Positions 11,445-22,361 of a DNA stretch of 64,000 nucleotides are shown here, piece after piece. The notes beneath the pieces were generated by a model. That model was not told where the DNA came from, did no database searches, and saw only the letters and a program-made list of their open reading frames with translations. The position numbers and the translations under genes are program-made. This DNA comes from Escherichia phage a51. The stretch lies in the sequence record OQ067376.1. One strand, given 5' to 3'. Each line of letters opens with the position of its first letter. Within the stretch, counting starts at the first letter, position 1.

Positions 11445-12623
11445 TTAAAAGTATTTTTTAAAACTCATCATAACTTTATCATCAACATCATTATCAATCT
11501 GTGCAACAAGATAAGATGACAGTTCTACTTCTTGTGGCGCTGATTGAACATTATCAGAATTAAGATATTCACGAATCCAAGGATATGGATGTTTAACCGG
11601 AGCATCGGTAATTGGGCATGGAAGACCACACTGTTTCATACGAGATACAGTTAAGTAATCAATAAAGCTCCACATGCTATTTGTATTTAATCCAGGAACA
11701 TCGCCATCTTTAAATAAATGAACTGCCCAATCTTTTTCTTGGCGGTTAACTTCCATGAAAATATCAACTGCTTCTTGCTCGCACTCTTGAACAATTTTAA
11801 CCCATTCATCGCCATCAGTACCAGATTGAAGTTGACGAATAATATATTGTGTACCTTTAAGATGAAGCTGCTCATCACGTGCAATGAACTTCATAATCTT
11901 GGCATTACCTTCCATGATTTCCATGTTTTTATGGAAGTTAAAGGTACACGCAAAGGATACATAAAAACGAATAGCTTCTAATGCATTAATAACGTGCAAA
12001 CAGAGGTAAAGAGATTTCATTAGCTCACGCTTCCAATATGTCTCATGCTCAATAGCATCTTCAATAACGTCTTCGTCTGCATTAATTTCTTTTTGGTATT
12101 CGATATCAGCTTTAGCGTTTTCCCAATAACGAGTTTTAATCAGAACATCATCATAATAACGTCCAATGGATTCAGCACGTTTCATAATAGCTTCATCTAA
12201 TACAATTTCATCAAATACCTTCGATGGATCAGTATAAAGATTTCGCATGATATGAGTATATGAACGACTGTGAATAGTTTCACTAAAAGTCCATGTAGCA
12301 ACCCATGTATCAAGGCTTGGGTCTGAAATTAATGACATAAGTACAGCAGATGGCGCGCGACCCTGAATGCTATCTAAAAGTGATTGATACTTCAAGTTAT
12401 TAGTAAAAATATTTTGCTGATACTGAGGAAGCTTATTAAACTGTGCAGCATCCATCATCAAGTTTACTTCTTCAGGACGCCAGAAAAATGATAATTGCTT
12501 TTCGGTTAAATCTTCAAAAACTTTATGACGTTGAATATCATAACGCGCAATACCAAGACCTGAACCAAAAAACATAGGTTCTTTTAAAACATCAACTGGA
12601 TTTGTATTAAAAACTGTGCTCAT
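11445..12623 (-). CDS. nrdB: ribonucleotide reductase beta subunit, uninterrupted
   Basis: 392 aa contiguous ORF with di-iron/tyrosyl radical protein features; no intron. Confidence 0.95.
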   Translation of the reverse strand: MSTVFNTNPVDVLKEPMFFGSGLGIARYDIQRHKVFEDLTEKQLSFFWRPEEVNLMMDAAQFNKLPQYQQNIFTNNLKYQSLLDSIQGRAPSAVLMSLISDPSLDTWVATWTFSETIHSRSYTHIMRNLYTDPSKVFDEIVLDEAIMKRAESIGRYYDDVLIKTRYWENAKADIEYQKEINADEDVIEDAIEHETYWKRELMKSLYLCLHVINALEAIRFYVSFACTFNFHKNMEIMEGNAKIMKFIARDEQLHLKGTQYIIRQLQSGTDGDEWVKIVQECEQEAVDIFMEVNRQEKDWAVHLFKDGDVPGLNTNSMWSFIDYLTVSRMKQCGLPCPITDAPVKHPYPWIREYLNSDNVQSAPQEVELSSYLVAQIDNDVDDKVMMSFKKYF

Positions 12624-12674
12624 AAATTTTCCGCTTAGTTAATAGTTGGTGACTCGTCCGTGAGTCAAATTATA

Positions 12675-14939
12675 TCATAATTTACAGGATGAACAATCTT
12701 CAGCTTTTGGAGTTTCTATTTCATAATCATCAGTACCAGAACCATCGCGGGTATTATGATAATAGAAATTTTTTCCGCCAAAATACCAAAAATACAAAAG
12801 GTCATCAATCATTATTGACATTGGAACCTTGCCTTTAGGGAAGATTTGGGGGTCATAGTATGTATTCGCCGAAGCTGATTGACAAACCCATTTCAGCATA
12901 ATAGCTACCTGCGTAAGATAAGGTTTATTACCTTTCTTAGCTAATTTCCATGTATAGTCGTAAAGGTCTATGTTATGCTCAATATTGGGCACGACTTGAT
13001 TAAAGGAGCCCTCTTTTGATTCTTTAACAGAGACTGGTCCACGTGGAGGCTCGATACCGTTTGTACTGTTAGATACCTGACTGGACGATTCGCAAGGCAT
13101 CAACGCGGATAAAGTAGAATTTCTAATTCCATGCTGTTTGAGTTCAGATCGAAGTTCGTCCCAATCACAAACGTATTTTGGAGCTGCGATTTGGTCAATC
13201 TTTTTATTGTACCAGTCAATAGGTAATTCGCCTCGAGACCAACGAGTGTCTGAATAATATTCGCAAGGTCCTTTTTCTTTGGCGAGTTTAATGGATGCTT
13301 TAATGAGTCCATACTGTAATCTCTCAAATAGTTCATGTGTTAAATCGTTAGCATCTTCATAAGAAGCAAAGTTACTTGCCAGCCAAGCTGCATAGTTAGT
13401 AACACCTACACCGAGGTTACGACGCTTTTTAGCTTTTTCTGCTTCAGGAACTGGATATCCTTGGTAATCCAAAAGATTATCAAGAGCACGAACTTGAACT
13501 TCTGCCAATTCATTAATTTTATCTTGGTCTTGCCAGTCAAAATTATCTAGTACGAATGCAGAGAGAGTACACAATCCAATTTCAGCATCAGGACTATTCA
13601 CATCATTTGTTGGAATAGCAATTTCACAACACAAGTTACTCTGACGAATAGGCGCCTTTTCACGAATAAACGGAGTATAGTTATTCGTATTATCAATGAA
13701 CTGCACATAAATCCTTGCGGTTCCTGAACGTTCAGTCATGAGCAATTCAAATAGTTCACGGGCTTTAATACGCTTTTTACGAATATTAGGGTCTTTTTCT
13801 GCTGCTTCGTATAATTCACGGAAACGGTTTTGGTCTTTAAAATAAGAATAATAAAGCTCGCCACCCATTTCATGTGGACTGAACAAAGTAATGTAATCGT
13901 TCTTTCCGAATCGTTCCATCATCAAATCATTCAGTTGAACACCATAATCCATATGACGAATGCGGTTTTCTTCTACGCCTTTGTTATTTTTCAAAACGAG
14001 AAGATTTTCAACTTCCAAATGCCAAATAGGATAATAAGCAGTAGCAGCGCCGCCACGAATTCCGCCCTGTGAGCATGATTTAACAGCAGTCTGAAAATGT
14101 TTCCAAAAAGGAATAACACCAGTATGACGCACTTCACCCATGCCAATCTTAGAACCTTCGGCACGAATCATACCAACGTTAATACCAATTCCAGCACGTT
14201 TGGAGATATATTCAACAATTGAAGCAGAAGCCTTATTAATAGACTTTAATGAATCACCTGCCTCAATAACAACGCATGAACTAAACTGCCGAGTTGGAGT
14301 ACGGCAACCAGCCATAATAGGAGTTGGTAATGAAATCTGTCGAGTAGATACTGCTTCATAAAAACGAATAACATGTTTTAATCTATCAACAGGTTCATCT
14401 TGATGCAATGCCATTCCAATAGTCATAAATGCAAACTGAGGAGTTTCATAAATTTGACCAGTGGTTTTATCTTTAACGAGATATTTTTCTTTTAATTGCA
14501 TCGCCCCGGAATAAGTAAATTCCATATCCCGCTCATGCTTAATTTTTGATTCTAAAAATGTAATTTCTTCTGCTGAATATTTTGACAACAATTCAGGGTC
14601 ATATTTACCTTCATTTACGCAGTAAGAAATATGGTCAATAAATGAACGTGGTTCATACTGCCCATAAACATGCTTACGAAGAGCGAACATTAAACAGCGC
14701 GCAGCTACGTATTGATAATCAGGCTCTTCAACTGAAATAGAATTCGCAGCAGCCTTAATGACAATAGTCTGAATGTCATCAGTTGTCATTCCATCACGGA
14801 GATATGATTTAATATTTTCATATAATTCATAAGGATCTACAGATGTTCCTTCAGCTGCCCAAGATAAAACTTTAATAATTTTTTGCGGGTCAAAGCTCTG
14901 AGAAACACCACTACTTTTGATAACATTAATTAATTGCAT
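12675..14939 (-). CDS. nrdA: ribonucleotide reductase alpha subunit
   Basis: 754 aa with N-terminal ATP-cone and class Ia active-site cysteine motifs. Confidence 0.95.
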   Translation of the reverse strand: MQLINVIKSSGVSQSFDPQKIIKVLSWAAEGTSVDPYELYENIKSYLRDGMTTDDIQTIVIKAAANSISVEEPDYQYVAARCLMFALRKHVYGQYEPRSFIDHISYCVNEGKYDPELLSKYSAEEITFLESKIKHERDMEFTYSGAMQLKEKYLVKDKTTGQIYETPQFAFMTIGMALHQDEPVDRLKHVIRFYEAVSTRQISLPTPIMAGCRTPTRQFSSCVVIEAGDSLKSINKASASIVEYISKRAGIGINVGMIRAEGSKIGMGEVRHTGVIPFWKHFQTAVKSCSQGGIRGGAATAYYPIWHLEVENLLVLKNNKGVEENRIRHMDYGVQLNDLMMERFGKNDYITLFSPHEMGGELYYSYFKDQNRFRELYEAAEKDPNIRKKRIKARELFELLMTERSGTARIYVQFIDNTNNYTPFIREKAPIRQSNLCCEIAIPTNDVNSPDAEIGLCTLSAFVLDNFDWQDQDKINELAEVQVRALDNLLDYQGYPVPEAEKAKKRRNLGVGVTNYAAWLASNFASYEDANDLTHELFERLQYGLIKASIKLAKEKGPCEYYSDTRWSRGELPIDWYNKKIDQIAAPKYVCDWDELRSELKQHGIRNSTLSALMPCESSSQVSNSTNGIEPPRGPVSVKESKEGSFNQVVPNIEHNIDLYDYTWKLAKKGNKPYLTQVAIMLKWVCQSASANTYYDPQIFPKGKVPMSIMIDDLLYFWYFGGKNFYYHNTRDGSGTDDYEIETPKAEDCSSCKL

Positions 14940-15256
14940 AAGTCCTCAACTTGAAAATCGTCTTTAAACAATCGGTTAACTATATGAGCTATTATATCAC
15001 CATGACACGGCTTTGGTTTACATGTGCATCCTAGCCTCATTCCACGTAAAGGCTCTAAATGTGCTTTAGTTATTTCTCCGGATTTAATTCGACGTATAAA
15101 ATCTTTTTTGAATAATTCAATGGCAGCCTCCCGGCTGCCAGCATCTTTACCGACGTAATTTCCCCAAAATGTACCACGGTGAATATTAACATCAAAGTTG
15201 GATTTATATTTATTCACTACCTGGCATAGACGGCCCGCGCGGCGATAATTCGTCAT
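14930..15256 (-). CDS. hypothetical protein (108 aa, Cys/His-containing)
   Basis: ORF track; between td and nrdA as T4 nrdA.1/nrdA.2. Confidence 0.5.
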   Translation of the reverse strand: MTNYRRAGRLCQVVNKYKSNFDVNIHRGTFWGNYVGKDAGSREAAIELFKKDFIRRIKSGEITKAHLEPLRGMRLGCTCKPKPCHGDIIAHIVNRLFKDDFQVEDLCN

Positions 15257-15473
15257 ATTGTTTTTCCGTTAAAACAGTAATATCATAGTAACAATCAGAA
15301 GAAGTTTTAACTGTGGAAATTTTATTATCAAAATACTCACGAGTCATTTTATGAGTATAATATTTTTTGCCATAAATGACAATAGGCTGATTTGGTCCTG
15401 GAACTTCTAACTCGCTTGGGTTAGGAAGTGTAAAAAGAACTACACCAGAAGTATCTTTAAATCGTAAAATCAT
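15210..15473 (-). CDS. hypothetical protein (87 aa)
   Basis: ORF track. Confidence 0.45.
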   Translation of the reverse strand: MILRFKDTSGVVLFTLPNPSELEVPGPNQPIVIYGKKYYTHKMTREYFDNKISTVKTSSDCYYDITVLTEKQYDELSPRGPSMPGSE

Positions 15474-15492
15474 ATATCCTCACAATTAATAA

Positions 15493-16352
15493 TTACACCG
15501 CCATTTTTCCTTTCAAGACACCATGGGACTGATAATCTTTGAGAACGAAATCTTTAGGCCTGAGTTTAAGAATGTATTCCAATTGTTCTTTAGTAGAAAG
15601 ATAGCGGAATTTATAAGGCAATCCGCCTATTACCAGTTCACAGAGCTCTTTAGGTTCACGACGCAAAATTTCTTTACATTGTTCTACGTGATTCATATAG
15701 ATATGAGTATTACCACCAGAAAATATCAGATCTCCTGGAATAAGATTACACATCTTAGCTACAATATGAACTAACGCAGCATATGATGCAATATTAAATG
15801 GAAGACCAAGAAAAACATCTACCGAACGTTGATACCACTGCAAATCCAAATATCCATTACGCACATTAAACTGATAAAACATATGACAAGGCGGTAATGA
15901 CATATATTTAAGTTCAGCTGGATTCCACGCAGAAACAATTTGACGCCTATCATTCGGCAGTTTTTTAATACGATCAACAACTTCTACAATTTGGTCTACA
16001 CCGCCAAAATCACGCCATTGTTTTCCATAAATTGGACCAAGTTCACCGCTATGGTATCCTAAATCTTTTGCTTGATTTTCGTAATTTTCATCCCAGACTG
16101 TTTTGCCTTGAATTAATGAATCATGTTGAATTAATCGCAAATCATTGACATTTGTGCTTCCCGATAAAAACCATATTAGCTCAGCAATGCAAGCTTTCCA
16201 GACGAGCTTCTTAGTCGTTACTGCAGGAAAACCTTTAGTTAAATCCCAGCGTAATTTAGTACCGAACAAAGCAATTGTTCCTGTGCCTGTTCGGTCATCG
16301 GTTTCATAACCGTTTTCCAGGATATCTTTAATTAAAAATTGGTATTGTTTCA

Positions 16353-16353
<1 letters not shown>
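15493..16353 (-). CDS. td: thymidylate synthase, uninterrupted
   Basis: From ATG at 16353 gives 286 aa beginning MKQYQ; ORF track start at 16365 is a TTG; no intron. Confidence 0.95.
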
Positions 16354-17364
<1,011 letters not shown>

Positions 17365-17397
17365 AAATTCTCAAATACAAAAATCATATTATTTTCC

Positions 17398-17640
17398 TTA
17401 AACAGACTTTTTCACAATTTTCCAATCAGCTTTAAACTGTTCAACGTCAGAATGGTAAATCCAGAATCCTGCGCTTTCTCCATCCTCATAAAGAGGGCAT
17501 CCATCGCATTCATCTTCCCATCCCATATCACGTAAAAGTTGTTCAGCTTTTTCAACAAGTTCAGAATCTTTACCAATGATATTAAAATACCATTTACCTT
17601 TAACTTCTGAATCTTTGATGCTCTGACGTTGTAATCTCAT
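17398..17640 (-). CDS. hypothetical protein (80 aa)
   Basis: ORF track. Confidence 0.5.
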   Translation of the reverse strand: MRLQRQSIKDSEVKGKWYFNIIGKDSELVEKAEQLLRDMGWEDECDGCPLYEDGESAGFWIYHSDVEQFKADWKIVKKSV

Positions 17641-17663
17641 TTTATTCTCCTTAGTTGATAGGG

Positions 17664-17695
17664 TAATAGTATCACACTACTACCCTACTGTAAAC
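17664..17695 (-). promoter_or_regulatory. T4 early-type promoter
   Basis: gtaaac at 17690-17695 (plus); taatagtatcac -10 region. Confidence 0.5.
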
Positions 17696-18081
17696 TACTT
17701 TTTGAAAGTTTTTCGCAAAAGTTCAATGATTTCATCTACATTGTTTTCGTCTACAATGCAGTGAATTTTTGTTACGCCAGAAATCTTGTCTTCGACTTCA
17801 TCTTCTTCAGAAGTCGGTTCTTTATACTCGCGGAAACAATAAAACTCTTCTTCACTAAGTTCAAAATAATCATCACCCATACCATCATCATTATAGATTT
17901 CGCCATTAGCACAAATGATTTCAGTTACATAATCAAAGCCATCTAAACTTGATATTGATTTAACTTCAAACCAACCACCATTTTCTTGAATGATGCCGAC
18001 CATATTAGCATTTGATGAACTAATATCAATGAAAGATTTAATACGATGTGGATTTAACTCATATTTTTTGCCGATTTCCAT
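17695..18081 (-). CDS. hypothetical protein (128 aa)
   Basis: ORF track. Confidence 0.5.
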   Translation of the reverse strand: MEIGKKYELNPHRIKSFIDISSSNANMVGIIQENGGWFEVKSISSLDGFDYVTEIICANGEIYNDDGMGDDYFELSEEEFYCFREYKEPTSEEDEVEDKISGVTKIHCIVDENNVDEIIELLRKTFKK

Positions 18082-18127
18082 TTTTGATTTTCCTCATTTT
18101 GATAGGGGCTTGACAGCCCCTTGATAA

Positions 18128-18355
18128 TTATTGTTCGATCAGTCCCATGTAAAATTCTGCGTCTTCAGCATCCATACCATCACAATATTCATTAGCCATA
18201 AAGCGGGTGAGGTCTTCAAGAGGACCTTCAATAACGATTTGAATGCTCCAAAACTTAGAATCTTGTACACTTGTGATACTAAGTTCAGGATAACGATTAC
18301 GAATAATTTCTTCAATATATTCAAAATCAACGATGTCAATATCAACTTTAGCCAT
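18128..18355 (-). CDS. hypothetical protein (75 aa)
   Basis: ORF track. Confidence 0.5.
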   Translation of the reverse strand: MAKVDIDIVDFEYIEEIIRNRYPELSITSVQDSKFWSIQIVIEGPLEDLTRFMANEYCDGMDAEDAEFYMGLIEQ

Positions 18356-18396
18356 ATTATTTTCCTCTTTAATCGTCAGCAGTATTGCCGATAGTT

Positions 18397-18428
18397 GTAT
18401 AGTACCATAGAAGAACAGGGATGTAAAC
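18397..18428 (-). promoter_or_regulatory. T4 early-type promoter with A/T-rich upstream element
   Basis: gtaaac at 18423-18428 (plus); tatagtacca -10 region; 40 nt nearly identical to 35821-35860. Confidence 0.5.
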
Positions 18429-18450
18429 TGTTTTGTGAAAAAATTTTTGA

Positions 18451-18478
18451 AATAAAAAAGGGGACCTCTAGGGTCCCC
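18451..18478 (-). terminator. rho-independent terminator downstream of gene 32
   Basis: ggggacctctagggtcccc hairpin 18460-18478 with T-run on minus strand. Confidence 0.6.
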
Positions 18479-18500
18479 AATTAATTAGTAATATAATCTA

Positions 18501-19409
18501 TTAAAGGTCATTCAAAAGGTCATCCAGGTCCGTGTCATCAGCACTAGATGAACTGCCAGAGCTTGAGCTCATAAAATCATCTTCAGTTTTTGTTTTGAAG
18601 TCATCAACATTGAATGCATCCAAATCATCAGCAACTTTATCGGCTTTCTTAGCGGCAGTTGCTGCGGCACCACCCATAGCAGCAGTTCCCATAACTTGAC
18701 TGAACTTAGTGCTCAGTTCTTCAAACGATTTGAATTTATCTTTAGAAGTCATTTCAGAAAGGTCAACCATTTGTTCGAACAGTTCTTTCTGGAAAGATTC
18801 ATCATCAATGTTTGGAATCGCAGATTGATTCAGGAATTTAGATTCGTCGTAGTTACTAAAACCAGAAACTTGTTTAACTTTCAGTACAAAGTTAGCACCT
18901 TCCCACGGACAAGTTACATCAACCGGAGTTTCACCCATTTCAACATCAACTGCAATCATTGCATTGATTTTATCCCAAATTTTCTTACCGAAACGGTATT
19001 TAAATACTTTACCTTCATTTTCTGGAGCAGCTGGGTCTTTTACTACAAGAATGTTAGCCCAGTAAGAAGTTTTACGTTTAACAAGACCATACTCTTTATT
19101 GTCAGTGTTATACAAATCATTTTTACTGATGTACTGACATACTGGACAAGAATCGTAATCACCGTAGGTAGATGAGCATGTTTCGATATACCATTTACCA
19201 TTTTTCTTGAAACCGTGATTTACAAGAAGTGCGAATGGTGCTTGTTCATCATTTTTAGACGGAAGAAAACGAATTACTGCTTGGCCGTTACCCGCATTGT
19301 CGAGTTTCAGTTTCCACTCGCCTTTATCTTCAGAAGAAAAACCACCTTTATTTCCAGCCAGTTTAGCCATTTGTGCAGCGAGTTCAGCAGTAGATTTACG
19401 TTTAAACAT
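18501..19409 (-). CDS. 32: gp32 single-stranded DNA-binding protein
   Basis: 302 aa, sequence recognised as T4 gp32 including acidic C-terminal tail. Confidence 0.95.
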   Translation of the reverse strand: MFKRKSTAELAAQMAKLAGNKGGFSSEDKGEWKLKLDNAGNGQAVIRFLPSKNDEQAPFALLVNHGFKKNGKWYIETCSSTYGDYDSCPVCQYISKNDLYNTDNKEYGLVKRKTSYWANILVVKDPAAPENEGKVFKYRFGKKIWDKINAMIAVDVEMGETPVDVTCPWEGANFVLKVKQVSGFSNYDESKFLNQSAIPNIDDESFQKELFEQMVDLSEMTSKDKFKSFEELSTKFSQVMGTAAMGGAAATAAKKADKVADDLDAFNVDDFKTKTEDDFMSSSSGSSSSADDTDLDDLLNDL

Positions 19410-19470
19410 TTTTATTTCCTTTTTAATTTAATTAACAGTTGGTGCTATGACACTTTACCTCATAGCTGGC
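19410..19470 (-). promoter_or_regulatory. gene 32 translational operator region (AU-rich UUAAA repeats upstream of start)
   Basis: Minus-strand leader reads ...ctgttaattaaattaaaaaggaaataaaATG, resembling the T4 gp32 autoregulatory site. Confidence 0.5.
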
Positions 19471-19557
19471 ATAATTCGCAATACTCTGGGTCTTCGAGAG
19501 GTATCCAACCTGAGTTGAAATACTTTACCATCGATTTAGCAGTTGTATCAGTTATAT

Positions 19558-20094
19558 TTATATTACCTTTAACTCTTCGCCATCCAGGAGTTTTACCGTA
19601 CAGATTAGAGGATAATAATAACACATAATTCTCGTAAGCAATATGAGAGATAATTTCCAAGACTCTATATTAGCTCGTGATGTTTTCCAAGGTCTAAAAT
19701 CGTCACGGTTCATATAATTAGCCAATCTCATATGCTCTCTAACTTCCGGGTCTTTGGCTGGATGAGTTTCACCACTCACACCAAATCCGCCGCCAGCATA
19801 TACCAGATTAAAATAGTCTGGATTATCTCTGGCATTTACTTCAAGTTGGTATTTTCGCTCTGCTTCAATAACATCCAAATCATCATCAATTTGAATTATT
19901 TTAACGCTCGGTTTTTGAAGCATCACCGCATTTAAAAATCTTTTTTGTTTGCACGAGCTCCAGTATTCCTTTCCGGAAGAGTCATATATTATTCCATTCT
20001 CAAATGAGCAATTTAATTTACTGCCGATATAGTAGTACGGCGGAGTCTTATTTTTGACACGGTCTTCAAATGTAAACCAATATACTATATTCAT
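19558..20094 (-). CDS. GIY-YIG homing-endonuclease-like protein (SegG-like, between 32 and 59)
   Basis: N-terminal IVYWF...YYYIGSK motif; position matches T4 segG; C-terminus uncertain (overlapping frame 19460-19660 also open). Confidence 0.55.
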   Translation of the reverse strand: MNIVYWFTFEDRVKNKTPPYYYIGSKLNCSFENGIIYDSSGKEYWSSCKQKRFLNAVMLQKPSVKIIQIDDDLDVIEAERKYQLEVNARDNPDYFNLVYAGGGFGVSGETHPAKDPEVREHMRLANYMNRDDFRPWKTSRANIESWKLSLILLTRIMCYYYPLICTVKLLDGEELKVI

Positions 20095-20095
20095 A

Positions 20096-20749
20096 TCAAT
20101 ACTTACAGGATTTCACAGTTTCAATGAAAACACTTTTGGCTTTCTGTGAATCAATATTTAAAATTTTTCTATAAGCCTTTAACTTTATAGAATAATTATT
20201 CCAGACTAAATTATCAGTCTGTTCATCATGTTTATCAATTATATTTAAAAACGAATCAAGCAAGATAAACGTCTCAAACGAAATTATATTCGATTGAAGT
20301 AGTTTAAAAATATAACTTGATTGAACTTTTGGATTATATTCAAAAATTTCTTTAAAAGCAGAAACTTCAACTTTTTTACTAAAATAATAAATGTTGCGAA
20401 TATCTTCTTCAAACTTAAATTTAATTTGCTTTAAGCGTCCGATATATTCACGATAAAACACAAGTGCATCAGCGTCAGAGATGTCACCAATCCAAGCATC
20501 CTGGTTAGCAACAAGATTGCTTATAAAGATTAAAGCAAGTTCCTTTAATTTATATTTTTCTGATAACTTCTGGAAAAAATACTTATCCCTTCGCTTTTGA
20601 TAAGCGGCATCAGACACCCGCATGCACCAATTATACTTAATTACATCATACTTTCCATTCATATGTTGTTTTATCATTAAGTATAATTTATAAACTGATT
20701 TACCATCAATGTATCTTTCACCACCAGCAGGCATGCGGAGTTTAATCAT
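20096..20749 (-). CDS. 59: gp59 helicase loader
   Basis: 217 aa, matches T4 gp59. Confidence 0.9.
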   Translation of the reverse strand: MIKLRMPAGGERYIDGKSVYKLYLMIKQHMNGKYDVIKYNWCMRVSDAAYQKRRDKYFFQKLSEKYKLKELALIFISNLVANQDAWIGDISDADALVFYREYIGRLKQIKFKFEEDIRNIYYFSKKVEVSAFKEIFEYNPKVQSSYIFKLLQSNIISFETFILLDSFLNIIDKHDEQTDNLVWNNYSIKLKAYRKILNIDSQKAKSVFIETVKSCKY

Positions 20750-21084
20750 AGTAGAAAATCTAATGTATTAGTTTTTTCACAACGAACAACAGAAGGACGT
20801 AAAAGATTTTCGTCAATAGCTTCTGACTGAATTTTTTCAATTATACCCGAAGGAATAAATTTAGCAAATTGAGTTTCAGGAATAGAATTTTCTTCTAAGA
20901 ATGCTGTTGTAGCTTCAAGATAACTCATTCCAAACTCTTCTACCATTTTTTCAATAATAAATCCATTTTCTTGACGATCAAGAAGCTTTGCTATTTCATC
21001 CTTTTCTTTCTTAATTGAAAGTTCTTTTTCTGAAAGACCGGTCTCATCGACCGGACGAATATCATTTAGAGAAAACTGTGTCAT
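20746..21084 (-). CDS. 33: gp33 late-transcription co-activator
   Basis: From ATG at 21084 gives 112 aa (MTQFSLNDIRPVD...). Confidence 0.9.
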   Translation of the reverse strand: MTQFSLNDIRPVDETGLSEKELSIKKEKDEIAKLLDRQENGFIIEKMVEEFGMSYLEATTAFLEENSIPETQFAKFIPSGIIEKIQSEAIDENLLRPSVVRCEKTNTLDFLL

Positions 21085-21331
21085 AAAGTTCAACTACCTC
21101 TTCGGTTTCAGCTTCAAACACATCACGGTTATCTTTATGATACAAAGCTAACAGACGATTAAACATCTTTCCATCAACGCCAAGTTCATCTTTGGCGCGA
21201 ATTCGAATATCTTTAATCAATTCATTATAACCAGAAATTTTCAGTTTATGATCAGATGCTTCTTTGATAAATTTAGCCAAGTCTTCGCCATGGATAGCTT
21301 CATCAAATTCGACCATTTCTTTTTTAGCCAT
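21062..21331 (-). CDS. dsbA: DsbA double-stranded DNA-binding protein
   Basis: 89 aa, position between 33 and rnh. Confidence 0.8.
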   Translation of the reverse strand: MAKKEMVEFDEAIHGEDLAKFIKEASDHKLKISGYNELIKDIRIRAKDELGVDGKMFNRLLALYHKDNRDVFEAETEEVVELYDTVFSK

Positions 21332-21339
21332 TATTCACC

Positions 21340-22257
21340 TCAAAATTCATTAATGCTATTAGTTAATTTAGAAAGACCCGCTTTTACAAAATATGAATAA
21401 ATTTTGCCACGCGGTGGTAATTTATATGAATTATAGTAATTCACAATGTTTGAAGCAATATTATCAGGAATATAATCAAAATCAATTAGAACTAAATTTT
21501 CTTTATATCGATTATATTCAGATTCAGTGAGAAGCACCTTAGCTTGCTCACGGTCATTAGCAATAGCTTCAACAACAGATGTTTTCATTGAAGGAGTTCG
21601 TTCACCTTCAACTCTGGTAAACCAAAAGTCAGATCGTACTTTAACTGAAGCGACGTTATCCTTTTTATCACCCTTAAGAATTTTAGTCATGCAATCAATT
21701 TCAGCAGAACCGCTTTTAATTTTAACCCATTTCTTGTGCATCGGTGACCATTGCTTAACATTTGGATATTTGTGAAGTTGAGTAAAGTCACCGTCCGATG
21801 AAATGATTAAAATCTTATGTCCTTCTAAAGAGAACTTTTTAACAAGAACAGCAATGTGGTCATCTGCTTCATACTTATCAATATCCATAACAATGTATGG
21901 CATATAAGCTTTCAATTCATCTATAACTTTATGACTGGATTCAAAATAACCTTCCCAGTCCCAAGTAGATTCTTCTCGTGCTTTTCCACGGTTTTTCTTA
22001 TAATAATAAGCGAAATCACGACGCCAGTATCCAGATTTCGCGTTATCAATACATAGTACAATTTTAGTGTATCCAAGCGTTTTTGCTTTTTTGACATTAA
22101 ACTTAATTGAGTTCAATATCAAATGACGAACCATCGATAAATTAATTTTTTCTTTATCTGGGAAGTTTACCAGAGCAGTTGAAAGAGCAATTTGACTAAA
22201 GTCAATAAAGCAAATTCCTTCTTTGTAATCTTCATCCAGCATCATTTCTAAATCCAT
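21340..22257 (-). CDS. rnh: RNase H / 5'-3' flap exonuclease
   Basis: From ATG at 22257 gives 305 aa beginning MDLEMMLDEDYKEG. Confidence 0.95.
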   Translation of the reverse strand: MDLEMMLDEDYKEGICFIDFSQIALSTALVNFPDKEKINLSMVRHLILNSIKFNVKKAKTLGYTKIVLCIDNAKSGYWRRDFAYYYKKNRGKAREESTWDWEGYFESSHKVIDELKAYMPYIVMDIDKYEADDHIAVLVKKFSLEGHKILIISSDGDFTQLHKYPNVKQWSPMHKKWVKIKSGSAEIDCMTKILKGDKKDNVASVKVRSDFWFTRVEGERTPSMKTSVVEAIANDREQAKVLLTESEYNRYKENLVLIDFDYIPDNIASNIVNYYNSYKLPPRGKIYSYFVKAGLSKLTNSINEF

Positions 22258-22286
22258 ATGAACCTCGTTCAATTAGTGAGATTTCT

Positions 22287-22316
22287 ATTATATACTATCT
22301 AAATCTTAAAGTAAAC
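22287..22316 (-). promoter_or_regulatory. T4 early-type promoter for rnh
   Basis: gtaaac 22311-22316 (plus), TATAAT -10 on minus from attata 22287-22292. Confidence 0.5.
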
Positions 22317-22319
22317 AGG

Positions 22320-22327
22320 TATAAATA
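22320..22327 (+). promoter_or_regulatory. late promoter TATAAATA upstream of gene 34
   Basis: Exact tataaata about 35 nt upstream of the gene 34 ATG. Confidence 0.7.
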
Positions 22328-22361
22328 CTTATTATTGAAAACACAATAGGAGCCCGGGAGA

